A DNA stretch of 64,000 nucleotides from Macrostomum lignano (GCA_002269645.1 NIVC01000566.1:124001-188000); one strand, 5' to 3'; positions 1 through 12,957 are shown, counted from the first letter of the stretch. Notes: generated by a model not told the origin, from the letters alone. Made by a program: numbers and translations.

Positions 1-589
1 TGAAGGTGTACAGCTCAGCCATGATGCAGCCCATGGCGAACACGTCAATAGGCGAGTTGTAGGAGGTGGAGCGGAGCAGGATCTCCGGCGCGCGGTACCA
101 GCGGGTGGCCACATAGTCAGTGTAGGGCGGCTTGGACCGGATCTCCCTGGCCAGGCCGAAGTCCGCCAGCTTGATGTGATGGTCCGGATTGCACAGGATG
201 TTCTCCGGCTTCAAGTCGCGGTGGAAGAAGCCCATCCGGTGCATGTAGGCCAGGCCGTCCGTGCACTGCCAGACGATGTTGCGCACCACTTCCTCTGGGA
301 ACAGCTTGGTCCGCTTCTTCATCACCTCGTACAGATTCTCCTGCATGTACTCGAATATCAGGTACAGGTAGTCGTTCTCGCGGACCACCTCCTTGAGGCG
401 GACAATGTTGGGGTGGTTCAGCCGGCGAAGGGACTTCACTTCGCGAAGATTCAGGCACTCGTCCCAGTTGTAGAACTTCTTCTTCATCTTTTTGATGGCC
501 ACCTTCTCGCTGGTCTCGGTGAGGGTGCCGAGCAGCACAGAGCCGTAGGTGCCATCGCCCAGCTGCTTGAGGGTCTGGTAGCGATTCAT
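1..589 (-). CDS. MAK: MAK/ICK (CILK1)-family ciliary Ser/Thr kinase, N-terminal ~196 codons of the kinase domain; gene continues beyond the window start
   Basis: Minus-strand translation from ATG at 589-587: [21 protein letters not shown]...[39 protein letters not shown]...HRDLKPEN...[27 protein letters not shown]. The TDY activation-loop motif (121-113) and the MNRY start are typical of MAK/ICK. The ORF track misses it because the stop lies outside the window. Confidence 0.95.
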   Translation of the reverse strand, partial: MNRYQTLKQLGDGTYGSVLLGTLTETSEKVAIKKMKKKFYNWDECLNLREVKSLRRLNHPNIVRLKEVVRENDYLYLIFEYMQENLYEVMKKRTKLFPEEVVRNIVWQCTDGLAYMHRMGFFHRDLKPENILCNPDHHIKLADFGLAREIRSKPPYTDYVATRWYRAPEILLRSTSYNSPIDVFAMGCIMAELYTF

Positions 590-2143
590 GCTACTGCGCT
601 GCAGCACTGTTGTCTTCTGCTTCTGCTGTTGCTGCCGCGGCGGTCGGCTTAAGGTGACAGATAATAGTTATATCAATATTGAATTATATTTTAATAATAT
701 GTAAGTACCTTAAAGTTACACTGCAGATTAGTGATAAAGTAAAAATTCAAACAATTCCAATTTAAACTTGATTTATTGACACCTTTATTAGTGGTGCTAT
801 TATTTTTAATTATATTAGTCACTTTAAAACTTATGTCTGGAGATTTGACTTGAAATGATTTCCTTGAGCTTTATCTAAATCTATATAGTAATAGTAGAAT
901 ATATTAATAGTAATAATATTAATACAAAAAGCTAACATGCTCTTAAAAAACTAAAAAATCTATACATGTTATCATTGCATATTTTTTGCATATAGGGCTT
1001 TTTAAACTGATTCTAGTTGTTATCTTAGCTATATTATATGTCAATTAAATAGACAGTTTTGAAGTCATTTTCCTTCATTTGAGAATCTATATAACATTCT
1101 TCTTTATTACTCTTAAGTATCTACATCAATTTCTAGTGATTTTGCCAATCAATGTGTTATTATCATTATGAATAAAGACATAGTATGCATGATAGCAAAG
1201 GAAATCAATGCCTATTTGCATGAGTAACAATGAAGATTTGTACAATCACATCAAACTATTATCTACTAGATTTTTAATTTTATAAGAGGCAAACATAACT
1301 TTAAATAACATTGCAGTAGAACCTCTATTAGCCAAAATGTTATTGGCAATATCCACCACCTTAATAATAATAGATAAATAACTACTGCTAAGATAATGGA
1401 CCCAATCATATTATTTCTTTGGTTTTGTCTATACACTTTTTAAGCTTTTATATTTACTTTTAATACTATTTTAATTTAATAACATTACTTTATTACTTTT
1501 TAATATGAACCTTTACCAAAAGGGTGCCTCTTTTAATGGAAAATTCAATTTATTATAATGTAATATATTATAGCTTGTAAAATGTATATAGAAATAAAAC
1601 ATTTGAAAATAAAAGATATGTCATATACATTCAAGACTTTAATCAAAATAACCATGATTAGTAGCCAATTGCATTCAAGACCCTTCCTTTGGCCTTGCAT
1701 GTACCATGATCATATACCAAATATAGTAGACTAAGGACCCCTTGTATTGTATATATGCTATAATTATATATCAAATGCTTTGTAGGTGGAGTTTGCCAAC
1801 CCCTGCTTCAGAGTTTAAGAAATCAATGGGATACTGTTGGCACTGGCTATTTATATCTGGGTTTTTTGTGTCATATATGCCATGACATATCGAAATTAAA
1901 AGTGGCATAATGATTTTGATACCATTATGCCAAAATGGTATAACCATTTTTGCCATTATGCCATTGCCAAATTGCCAATACTGAATCCCCAATTCCAAAT
2001 TTCAGTTTTGCTTTGAAATTTGTTCAAATATTATCTTGTTTGTTGTGATAGTTGTATGACTTACAAGTGTATTTTACATTTTATGCGAATGGCTTATTGA
2101 AATTAAAAATGGCATAACAATTTTGATGATCTTGTCTGTGGTT

Positions 2144-2312
2144 CATACATGTGCAACCTTGGGAATCTCCTGGCCATTTCTATTGGCAATATACATATGT
2201 AAACTATTGGCTGAGAGTAGTCATATGACTACTATTCTGCCTAATAATAACTTACCTATGTGTGTTGCAAATAGAAATGGCTAGGTGATTCCCTAGATTG
2301 TGCCCATGTATG
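2144..2312. mobile_element. hAT-type palindromic MITE, family B, copy 1 (169 bp)
   Basis: Ends CATACATGTGCAACC...GCCCATGTATG, largely self-complementary. Perfect 8-bp TSD CTGTGGTT at 2136-2143 and 2313-2320. Homologous to 6009-6180. Confidence 0.85.
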
Positions 2313-2861
2313 CTGTGGTTAAAGGATTCTATTCTGGGTTTGCTTTTTTTGCCATAATTGCACTTAATCTGCAGGCCTTTGCAAGGTTACTGTTATATCA
2401 TAATAGATAAACAATCATTTTTATTAGTGAGCGTAGCTCAGCTCAGCCATGTCTTGAGTGTTGATGCCGGGACTAAGTCTCTGTCTTTATTGCAAATTAT
2501 TGCAACAAGGTTCAGTTCATAGATATAAGTTTATAGTTTATATATTGTCTCAGAAACAAAAGTACTTAAATATTAAATCAGGACACAATAGTTACCTATA
2601 CTTGTACTATAGAATTAGGTATCTAGGCCCATGTCAAATGAAATTTTCGCAATATATGACATAAGTGACAGCCCATAGGCCTATTGAGGATTTTCTACTA
2701 TGGTATTACCTCTATTTACATAATAGGGTTCAACATTAAAGGACTCTTTATTATCAACTTTGCTAATTGTTTTTTTACTTTGACTGACAAGTACTATTTA
2801 ATTATTATTGATCTAGTTTATAGTTTATACTTCTTTAATTGCAGTGCTTATCTTTAGTATT

Positions 2862-3220
2862 ATTTTTTATTATTATAGGCAGCGGGTTGTATGCACCATG
2901 GCGCACTTCAAGTGACATCAACACACAACTAGCAAGAGGCATTGCTGCCCATTCCACCAACTCCCCTGAGCAGGCATATAAGCGCAGATACATACGCAGG
3001 CACACACTCATACAGAAATATACAGTGGCCCTAACTTTATTTTATCGTTAGGCATGTACACTTTACTGCACCTTAGGGGTGCTTTCAAGGCCATTAATTG
3101 CACAAGCAGAGCCAAGCCAAGATTCCAATTGAGCCCCAAATTAATGTGACTGCACTTGGAATCGAGCCTAGGTCGCTGGCATACCAGAGCCTGCGCTAGA
3201 CTGCTGGGCTATGGCCCCCC
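2862..3220 (-). mobile_element. tRNA-derived SINE, family 1, copy 1
   Basis: Reverse complement begins GGGGCCATAGCCCAGCAGTCTAGCGC...GGCTCGATTCC (Pol III A- and B-box-like) and ends in an A-rich tail. Flanked by TTTAGTATT at 2853-2861 and 3221-3229. Homologous to 6256-6611 and 59968-60325. Confidence 0.8.
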
Positions 3221-3295
3221 TTTAGTATTTTATTATAAGAATAAATTTTGTCTTATTTATACAGTACTAAGGGAATAATTTTTGCTTATCCACAT

Positions 3296-3592
3296 CATAC
3301 ATGCGCAACCTCCAAAATTCGGTCGGCCGTGCGACTTAGTTTTAACAAAAATGCGACGTAGTTTTTGGCTAAAAATGCGACTTACATGTAAAAAACCCTA
3401 AAGCAAAATTACCGCAACTTTGGGTAAACGGCAGAAGTAACTGTCACTGTCTTATTAAGCCAAAATGCCTCGTCAGCTACTTAGTACTACTACTTGGGTG
3501 TTTTTTCGGGTGGGCATTTTTGCGACTTCCTTGGTTGGCCGCCAAATCGGTCGGCCGGATCGGCCGACTCGGCCGACTGTTGCGCATGTATG
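3296..3592. mobile_element. hAT-type MITE, family A, copy 1 (297 bp)
   Basis: 14-bp TIR CATACATGCGCAAC / GTTGCGCATGTATG. Perfect 8-bp TSD ATCCACAT at 3288-3295 and 3593-3600. Second copy at 60342-60649. Confidence 0.9.
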
Positions 3593-4079
3593 ATCCACAT
3601 GGCACACTAATATGGCAGACTAATATATTACCATAGTACTACAAGAATAGAAAAGAAATTATTCCTACTAAAGGATAAGCACTACCTTTTTACTCTCTAT
3701 ACTCCTAAAGATACTGTTTTTAGCAGAAATTCTCACATGCAACAAGGTCCTAAGCAGTCTAATACTACATGCATAGTGTGCATCAAGGAGTTTGCAACAT
3801 TTTTTGGCATGCTTACGCAATAGCACTACATATAAAAAGGTAAAAATGCATGGCACCATAGTCAGAGCTTTGCAGTAGGCCTAGCTATGCCACATAGAGA
3901 ATTTTTAATAGTTTAAAACATGATATGATAGTTGTTATTTTTGAAGTGAGTATTGTATTTAAACTGTAAAAGACATATAGATAATGTGTTATTACTAAAA
4001 TGCACTCATTGGATTTGATCCAACCTTCCTATGTGCCATAGTTTAGAAGGCAAAATATATACTGGGATTTCCTCATATA

Positions 4080-5098
4080 CGAGGGTGTCCGGAAAGTAGT
4101 GTTACTTTTGCTTGGTGTGGACATATGAACAGTCACACTTGCATGTGCTTGGTGTCATTTGAAAGCGGCAGGTCTCTTCTTTAAAATGACACCAATTGCA
4201 AGAGATTTGGATCTGTGCTTCAAGAGATATGGACGATTAAGTAGAGAAAGGTCAGTCATAGACTTACAGAACCTCAAAAATGTCAACAGAAAACTTTTAC
4301 GAGTTTATCGATTTTTTTGTAATCATGGGCTGTCTATGCCCAAATGTGATGCAGTGAACGAGAGGGGCTGTCTCTTAAAACTACGAGACATGTAAAACTG
4401 CTTCTGCTGCACCTGCAAAGTTTATTGACATTCAATTTTCAATTGTGAACTGCAAATGGATGTGCATTCAAAGACTGGGCAGCGACATGCCATCTTTACA
4501 CTTTGGAGCTCCGGAACCAAATTGGCTGACATCCACAGGCAACTTTGCACAGCTCATGGCAACCTTGTTCCCTGAGTTAAAGCGACAGCTTTGAGGGCGA
4601 GTTCACAACAGTCGTGATTACTTGGAGAGTGAGGTCAGGAGGATCTTGCTGCACCAGATCCCAAGAAATGTGTATGCAAACGCCATCGACAAGATGCAAG
4701 ACCGATGGGAGAAGTGCATCATGTCTCATGGTGACTACGTTGAGAAGGCAAGTCTGCCAACCGATGAATGATTTTAATGTTGTTCGCTTGTATGATAATT
4801 TGCTTGTTATCTGTTTCACCTGCTTCTGTACTCTACTGTTGTGTTTTTTGTTTCTTCTGGAGTAATTATGCTTGTGATAAAAGTTTTCTGTTGACATTTT
4901 TGAGGTTCTGTAAGTCTATGACTGACCTTTCTCTACTTAATCGTCCATATCTCTTGAAGCACAAATTCAAATCTCTTGCAATTGGTGTCATTTTAAAGAA
5001 GAGACTTGCTGCTTTCAAATGACACCAAGCACATGCAAGTGTGACTGTCCATACGTCCACACCAAGCAAAAGTAACACTACTTTCTGGACGCCCCTTG
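4080..5098 (+). mobile_element. Internally deleted mariner-family element with long (~220 bp) TIRs
   Basis: TA dinucleotides at 4078-4079 and 5099-5100; inverted arms 4080-4299 and 4878-5098. The interior keeps the transposase N-terminus (ATG 4456: MDVHSKTGQRHAIFTLWSSGTKLADIHRQL) joined to the C-terminus (LFPELKRQL*G...AIDKMQDRWEKCIMSHGDYVEK, a typical mariner ending). The catalytic core is deleted. Confidence 0.85.
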
Positions 5099-6008
5099 TA
5101 CAACAAGGGTCTTACCATTTTTAGCATATGATATCCTGGCATATATGACATAGTAGATACATTGTGTCAAATGAGAATTTTTTGTATTGGTACACAAACC
5201 TGGTATACAAATGAGGTCTCATCATTTTTTCTGGCATTAAACCTGGCATACACTAATATATGATTTGAACTATGGCCTGCATGCAACATATAGAGCAAAA
5301 AAATCTCATATGCATGGTGCATACTTGGGACTATGGCTTACTCTATTTCAGCATGTGGCTTAGGTGCACAAGATACCTACCCTAACTATATTGCAGTGGC
5401 ACCTAAGAAAGGATGATATGTACCAGGCTATGCAAAAAATATAATGTTAGAAAATGTTTGTTAATATGAAGGGTATTTCTCAGAACTATTAGAATCTGAC
5501 ATTGCCTAAAAGAATGCCATATAAGCTCTCAATTGATACCACTCTTGACTCAATTCACTTCCAGCTTTATGAAATGTCTAAGAAAAAAACAGATTAAATT
5601 CTTAGTTGGCACCAGAAAGCATAATAAAGAAATCTCCAAGCTTGTTGGATGTTCAACTATGACTGTCTAGTGAGTAAAATAACTGATTTCTAATAGAGAA
5701 AGCTTGGAAAAGTATGCAGGATTTGGCTGGCCAGCAAAACTTGACCTGAATACTATCAAGGATCAATTTGAGGATAATCTAACTGCCTCTATAAGCAGTG
5801 TGGCCAAGCAGAACAGTGTCAGTCAGTCAACAATGTCACAAGCAGTGAAGAGCTGGTGGAATTTTTCTACAACAATGTGAGTAGTTTGTCCTAAACTTAG
5901 CAGGATATATGATGAGTAAGCGAGAGCATTCCTGAACTCATTGAAGCATGCTCCAGCTAGTCAAGTCACCATTTTCTCAGATGAGAAAAATTTCATAGTC
6001 AATCCTAT

Positions 6009-6180
6009 CATGCTTGGGTGCAACCTTGGGATTCACTCGGCCATTTCTATTGGCAACACACACAAGTAAGTCGCTATTGGACAGAATAGTAGTCACGTGA
6101 TTGCTCTCAGCCAATAGTGACTTACATGTGTGTGTTGCCAATAGAAATGGCCAAGTGAATCCCAAGGTTGAGCATGTATG
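6009..6180. mobile_element. hAT-type palindromic MITE, family B, copy 2
   Basis: Homologous to 2144-2312. Perfect 8-bp TSD AATCCTAT at 6001-6008 and 6181-6188. Confidence 0.85.
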
Positions 6181-6255
6181 AATCCTATGTACAACAGGCA
6201 AAATGATCACTGTGTCTTTTAATATTGATGATAGAGCCAGCTAGACTATTACCAT

Positions 6256-6611
6256 TTTTTATTAGAGGCAGGGGGTTGTGTGCACCTTGGTGCACTTTAA
6301 GCGACATAGGCACACAACCAAGAAAAGGCATTACTACACATTTGCCAACTCCCCTGAGCAGGCATACAAGCGCGTAGATATGTATGCAGGCATACATTCA
6401 CATAGGAGTATACAGTGGCCCTAACTTTATTTTATTGTTAGGCATGTACACTTCACTGTGCCTTGGGAAGTTGGCTCTTAAGGCCGTTAATTGCACGAGC
6501 AGAGCCAAGCCAAGATTCCAATTCAGCCCCAAATTAATGTGACTGCACTTGGAATCGAGCCTGGGTCGCTGGAACAATAGAGCCTGCGCTAGACCGCTGG
6601 GCTATGGCCCT
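6256..6611 (-). mobile_element. tRNA-derived SINE, family 1, copy 2
   Basis: Reverse-complement head AGGGCCATAGCCCAGCGGTCTAGCGC...GGCTCGATTCC. Body aligns with copies 1 and 3. Near-perfect flanking duplication GACTAT(T/C)ACCAT. Confidence 0.8.
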
Positions 6612-8892
6612 CTTGACTATCACCATTACCAAGCATCTAGTATCAGTCATGAATCATGATGCTTGACATTGTTGCTTCAAATGGCACTAAGATACCACCA
6701 GTGTAGTTGACCAAGGCAATAGACTTAGACTAGATGTAGCACGTTACAAGCAAATCCTAATCAGGAAAGTGCTATCTTAGAATATGAGATAGGGTACCTT
6801 TCCTTTATAATATGAAGTATTTTTCTTAATATATATGCTATGATTGTGATTTATTTTCTTAAAAATTCAATATTCAAATTCCCATCAACAGTAATAATTT
6901 TTATTTAAATTTTGTGAATTCAAATAATATTGCATGATATATTATATATCTTTTGAACAATACAAATAGAAGCCCAGAGCAGGCCAAGTAGAATCATCTC
7001 ATTGTGAGCTAGCAAATTTGCTTAGTATAATTAATATAATGGTTTTTATAGTAAAACCACTAATATTCAAGACTTATTCTTTTTCTTAGAAGTATCAAGT
7101 CCCATATTGGGAATATCAGAGATCCACTAGAAGTGAGAATCACCTCAGGGCAAGAAATTGCTAAAAGAATAAAATTGCCTTAGGGCAAGGAAAAGCACAT
7201 AAAGGCTATGACCTTCTAATCTTCAGAATGCCCAGGACTGAGAGAAAACTTCTATAAGACTCAAAAGTGAATAATAATAATAGACAGTGCCATTAGACTG
7301 CTTAGACCAAAAGTACAATACATATATATACATAATATGTATTGTGTATACATACATATTAGTATGTATGGTAGCATACATATATGTATATATGTATGCT
7401 ACCAATAGATAAATATATGCTACCTATACAAAAGTAGATAGGGAAGTAGTCATGCTATTAATAAAAATAAGTATATATGTAAAAGTACATTAATTAATAT
7501 CAATAGGAGAACATAGCAAATTAACCCTATAACAACTTAGTGACATTGCTAAGATTATTTTAAGGGATAGGAATAACCCCTACATCAACTTGGTATCAGC
7601 AATTGGGATTTTTTATAGAACCAAAAGGCCTGTTACAAATAGATATAGAGAATCTACCTAGATGAAAACTATGTTTCAACAAGATAGGGCACCTACATAC
7701 ATGGCAAATGTTGTGCAAAACTGGATGGAAGGCCACATGAAATTCTGGCCAAAAAAATTCTGGCTGCCACAAAGTTTAGATATCAATCCATTGGACTATA
7801 ATATCTGGTAGCATATCTCTAGCTAGGCCTGTACTATATGCCACCCAAATATAGTATGTAGACATTCTAAAGGCTGTTATTAATATAGCCTAAGCCACAA
7901 TAGACAAATAGTATATCATCAAGGTATGCTCTAGCTTCAAAGGTCATGTAGAGCAGGTCCTTAATGCTAAAGGCGGCTATATTGATTGAACACACTTGTT
8001 AAATATTATGTTAGGCCAATATTTGTATTGTTTTAGAAAGTTAGAAACTGAACAAATGAAGATATAATTATATTTCATAAAAAACTGCTTGACATTTTTT
8101 GCACAACCCAGTAGACTAAGGGGATGGGGAGCTCTTTGCTTTGCTATGTTAAATTACTTACTAGTATTGCATCTCTTGTTGCCTTCCATTAATTTATCAT
8201 ATAATATTATACCTCCTACCATTTCTTGCCTTTTGCCAAAATGCCTAGGCCTATGCGCTGCAATTAGGTCTCCTTAATTAGGTAATAATTTATTATTTCA
8301 AAATGTATTTTGGGAATTCTTAAAATTGGTTGCTAAGCTAAGTACAAATTTTAAGCCAAAAAAATATTGAACAAAAATGTAGGATTCTCACTCATAGTCA
8401 CTATGACTATGGCATATAGTATGCCATTTTTTAGATTTAAAAAATCTAACACTAAACTAGGCCTAAGGCTAGGCCTAACTTCTTGCATTTTTTGCATTAG
8501 GCCTGGGCCTTATGTCATCAAAATGACACATTTATTTGGAAGGAAAATAAGCCTGATTAAAAAATCAATTAAAAATTATCAATTACACAGTTCTTGTCAG
8601 AAACATTCAATTTAAACTTTTTATAGTATTTTCATTTTTAGTATATTCTGATACAGTACACTACAGCACAGGAATAATCATCTGATCTGAAATTTTGAAT
8701 AGTCAAAAAAGTAAAATATGAAATAGGCAAATAGCAAATTTTTTAAATGCAAATAAGACATTTGGGAAATACAATACAATAAATACAATTAATTATGCAA
8801 TACTTTTAGAGATTGTATAGAGATTGTAACATTTAAGGCTAGACTTATTAACTGGTTACGAATCTCTTTTTTGTTTGCTGCACAATTGATGA

Positions 8893-11800
8893 ACTAACTA
8901 CTGAATTCACCGGCTGTTGGGTTCACCGGATTTTTAACTTTATTTTTAAGGGTTGGAAATATATATAATCGATAGCGCAAGTAAAACTAGAGATGCGCCT
9001 AGATTTTTGGCTCTGCGCGTTGCCCCTGGACATCAGGAGGGCGATTTTTGTTATTTTTTGGGGGGTGAAACCGGCGGTGAACCCAATAAATCCTTCCAGA
9101 GAGCTGAAAACCTATCATGCAATATTTCAAAGCAAAATATAGGCAGATTTCGACGTGCGCATAAAATTTCAGCGTTGCGCGTTGCTCCTGAACTGCAGGA
9201 GAACGGTTTTTGTTAAATTCCGGTGGTGAATGACTGCCGCTGAACTCCGCGGTGAAGGAAATTAAGTGCGTTTCCCGAGTCGAAAAATAGTAAATTTTAC
9301 TTCTACAAAAGCTATCAAAGTAAAATTTTATCACTTTTATCAGCATTTTTGCATTCCCTTTTGTGTTGATTCTTAAGCTATTTATTTTAATGCAAAGCGA
9401 AAAAAGTTTTAAAAAAATTCGAACTACGAGTATTGAGTACTGCGTGCACGCGCAGGCGGCGGCAGATGGCTAGCACGTTGCAGGGCACTTGCTCACATCA
9501 AAGACAAAGCCAAAGTGTTGTGGTATTTTTGTGCACATACTTTTTAAAGCCTGTATTAATATAATATATTAAAGTAAAAACTTCTATTTCGATACATCTA
9601 TTTGGTCAAATTATATAGACATACAATATTTAAGATTCTATAGTTTCCATTAAATTTTATAATTGAATTAAGGGAGGCACCTATAGGCTATAGTATATTT
9701 ACTTTTATGCAAAATAGCAATTACCATGTAATAATATTGACCCTACACTGGCCATGTCAATATAATTACTTATAATTACCAATACTAGTCAATAAATATT
9801 TTTATATTTGATTTTATTGTAAATATATTTCTATAATAATAATCCATCCATATATAATAAATTTTACTCTTAAAATTCTTTTTCTTCTTTCTAACTGTAA
9901 TTGCTAATTGAAAATTAGAATATACCAAGAATTAGTATGGCTTAGTTTTGTAAATTAAAAAAAATTCTGTGCTTTCTAATATTGTGCATTCTTTATCATA
10001 ACACAAAATAATTTAAAATTGAAATTGCTAAATAGATAAGTAACATTTTGAAATTTGTATATATTAAAATTAGAGACTAATTTCAGGGGCATAGCTAGGA
10101 ATTTCCTATGGGAGGATACACCAAGGTGAAAGTGCTATGACAGAGTCACATGGTAGCATGTATAGCAACAAAGGGCAACAAAAAAGTTTTTGTCAGGCTC
10201 TTTAGGGGGTATATGGTATAGGACCAAGACCGCCATACTTGGGGGAGCTAAGGGGGAGGAATTTGGCTTGCCATGTTATTAGATGGTACTGAGAAGGGGT
10301 AAGATGGGGAGAGCTAGCAGGACAAGGCCGCAAGAGAAGAACTGGTGAGCAGGCCAGGTGGGTGAGTGAGCCAGGCTCCTCATTTTTTTTCATTCAATTT
10401 GAATTGTAAAGTAACAATGAGATATTGTTACAATTGCCCTGGTTGACTTGCAATCATTTTGGGCCACTTATTTGTCTTATTAGTGACTAATCTTGGGATG
10501 TTTCCTCCTTATCTAACTCCACAACCCATCACAACCAATAGCAATGCTGGAAGATTGGTAGCTCCCCCTCAATTCCAGTAGGCCTAGCCAATGAGAACTT
10601 ATTTTGCATTATAATATAGGAATGGCATAACTTATAAACTAGAATTACCAATGCAACAAAGGATCACTAAGACTAGACAAGTTGGTATGGCAATAGTGTC
10701 ACATTGAAGACTTATTGGTTGCCAATCTTGAATGCTCATTAGGAATTATATTTGTACCCAGAAACGCAATAGACACAATAAATTGTGTTTTTTGTGTTTC
10801 ATCAGTCTAGCCTGCTATTGAGCTATCTAGAAGCTGCACACTGATAGAATGCAATTTTTCTCAGGGATATTACTTCTTTCTAAGTTACAGGGACCAATAT
10901 GCTCATTAGGAATTATATTTGTACCCAGAAACACAATACACACAATAAACTGTGTTTTTTGTGTTTACATCAGTCTAGCCTGCTATTGAGCTATCTAGAA
11001 GCTGCACACTGATAGAATGCAATTTTTCTCAGGGATATTACTTCTTTCTAAGTTACAGGGACCAATATGCTCATTAGGAATTATATTTGTACCCAGAAAC
11101 ACAATACACACAATAAACTGTGTTTTTTGTGTTTACATCAGTCTAGCCTGCTATTGAGCTATCTAGAAGCTGCACACTGATAGAATGCAATTTTTCTCAG
11201 GGATATTACTTCTTTCTAAGTTACAGGGACCAATATGCTCATTAGGAATTATATTTGTACCCAGAAACACAATACACACAATAAATTGCGTTTTTTGTGT
11301 TTACATCAGTCTAGCCTGCTATTGAGCTATCTAGAAGCTGCACACTGATAGAATGCAATTTTTCTCAGGGATATTACTTCTTTCTAAGTTACAGGGACCA
11401 ATATGCTCATTAGGAATTATATTTGTACCCAGAAACACAATACACACAATAAATTGTGTTTTTTGTGTTTACATCAGTCTAGCCTGCTATTGAGCTATCT
11501 AGAAGCTGCACACTGATAGAATGCAATTTTTCTCAGGGATATTACTTCTTTCTAAGTTACAGGGACCAATATGCTCATTAGGAATTATATTTGTACCCAG
11601 AAACACAATACACACAATAAACTGTGTTTTTTGTGTTTACATCAGTCTAGCCTGCTATTGAGCTATCTAGAAGCTGCACACTGATAGAATGCAATTTTTC
11701 TCAGGGATATTACTTCTTTCTAAGTTACAGGGACCAATATGCTCATTAGGAATTATATTTGTACCCAGAAACACAATACACACAATAAATTGTGTTTTTT

Positions 11801-12810
11801 GTGTTTACATCAGTCTAGCCTGCTATTGAGCTATCTAGAAGCTGCACACTGATAGAATGCAATTTTTCTCAGGGATATTACTTCTTTCTAAGTTACAGGG
11901 ACCAATATGCTCATTAGGAATTATATTTGTACCCAGAAACACAATACACACAATAAATTGTGTTTTTTGTGTTTACATCAGTCTAGCCTGCTATTGAGCT
12001 ATCTAGAAGCTGCACACTGATAGAATGCAATTTTTCTCAGGGATATTACTTCTTTCTAAGTTACAGGGACCAATATGCTCATTAGGAATTATATTTGTAC
12101 CCAGAAACACAATACACACAATAAACTGTGTTTTTTGTGTTTACATCAGTCTAGCCTGCTATTGAGCTATCTAGAAGCTGCACACTGATAGAATGCAATT
12201 TTTCTCAGGGATATTACTTCTTTCTAAGTTACAGGGACCAATATGCTCATTAGGAATTATATTTGTACCCAGAAACACAATACACACAATAAATTGTGTT
12301 TTTTGTGTTTACATCAGTCTAGCCTGCTATTGAGCTATCTAGAAGCTGCACACTGATAGAATGCAATTTTTCTCAGGGATATTACTTCTTTCTAAGTTAC
12401 AGGGACCAATATGCTCATTAGGAATTATATTTGTACCCAGAAACACAATACACACAATAAACTGTGTTTTTTGTGTTTACATCAGTCTAGCCTGCTATTG
12501 AGCTATCTAGAAGCTGCACACTGATAGAATGCAATTTTTCTCAGGGATATTACTTCTTTCTAAGTTACAGGGACCAATATGCTCATTAGGAATTATATTT
12601 GTACCAGAAACACAATACACACAATAAATTGTGTTTTTTGTGTTTACATCAGTCTAGCCTGCTATTGAGCTATCTAGAAGCTGCACACTGATAGAATGCA
12701 ATTTTTCTCAGGGATATTACTTCTTTCTAAGTTACAGGGACCAATATACTCATTAGGAATTATATTTGTACCCAGAAACACAATACACACAATAAATTGT
12801 GTTTTTTGTG
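8893..12810 (+). repeat. Left terminal inverted repeat arm (~3.9 kb, including the satellite array)
   Basis: Reverse complement of 20831-24250. The identical spurious ORFs at 8953-9216/23927-24190, 8999-9346/23797-24144 and 10202-10393/22750-22941 confirm arm identity. Confidence 0.93.
10731..12810 (+). repeat. 168-bp tandem satellite array, ~12.4 units, in the left TIR
   Basis: The GCTCATTAGG marker recurs at 10734, 10901, 11069, 11237, 11405...12581 and 12748 (period 168; two units are 167). Units are near-identical, with AAATTG/AAACTG variants. Confidence 0.97.
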
Positions 12811-12957
12811 CTTTTTAAAGTGATTGGAAACTATTGAAAACTACTTAATTGCAGAATTCAAAACTAGGAAACATTGTCTATAGGTATATTTGTAATGATA
12901 TGGCCTCATTTCAATTAAAAGCACCGATTAACCTTTGAATATTATTTTTACATCGCT

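Noticed and set aside
117-652. ORFs 176-652 (+) and 117-458 (-)
   Set aside because: Antisense or off-frame shadows of the MAK kinase exon.
2862-3592. SINE + MITE as one composite element (also 59968-60649)
   Set aside because: Each part has its own TSD, and their relative arrangement differs between the two sites.
3150-6611. tRNA genes at the SINE heads (also 47027, 59971 and 63692)
   Set aside because: They have A/B boxes but no complete cloverleaf, and each continues into a shared ~300-bp body with a tail (TSDs visible on four of the five copies), so they are SINEs.
8953-10393. Short ORFs in the TIR arms (8953-9216, 8999-9346, 10202-10393 and mirrored copies at 22750-24190)
   Set aside because: No recognisable motifs, two overlap on opposite strands, and they recur only because the arms are inverted duplicates.
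10731-12810. Regular array as a CRISPR locus
   Set aside because: Units are contiguous near-identical 168-mers with no unique spacers, the context is eukaryotic, and there are no cas genes.
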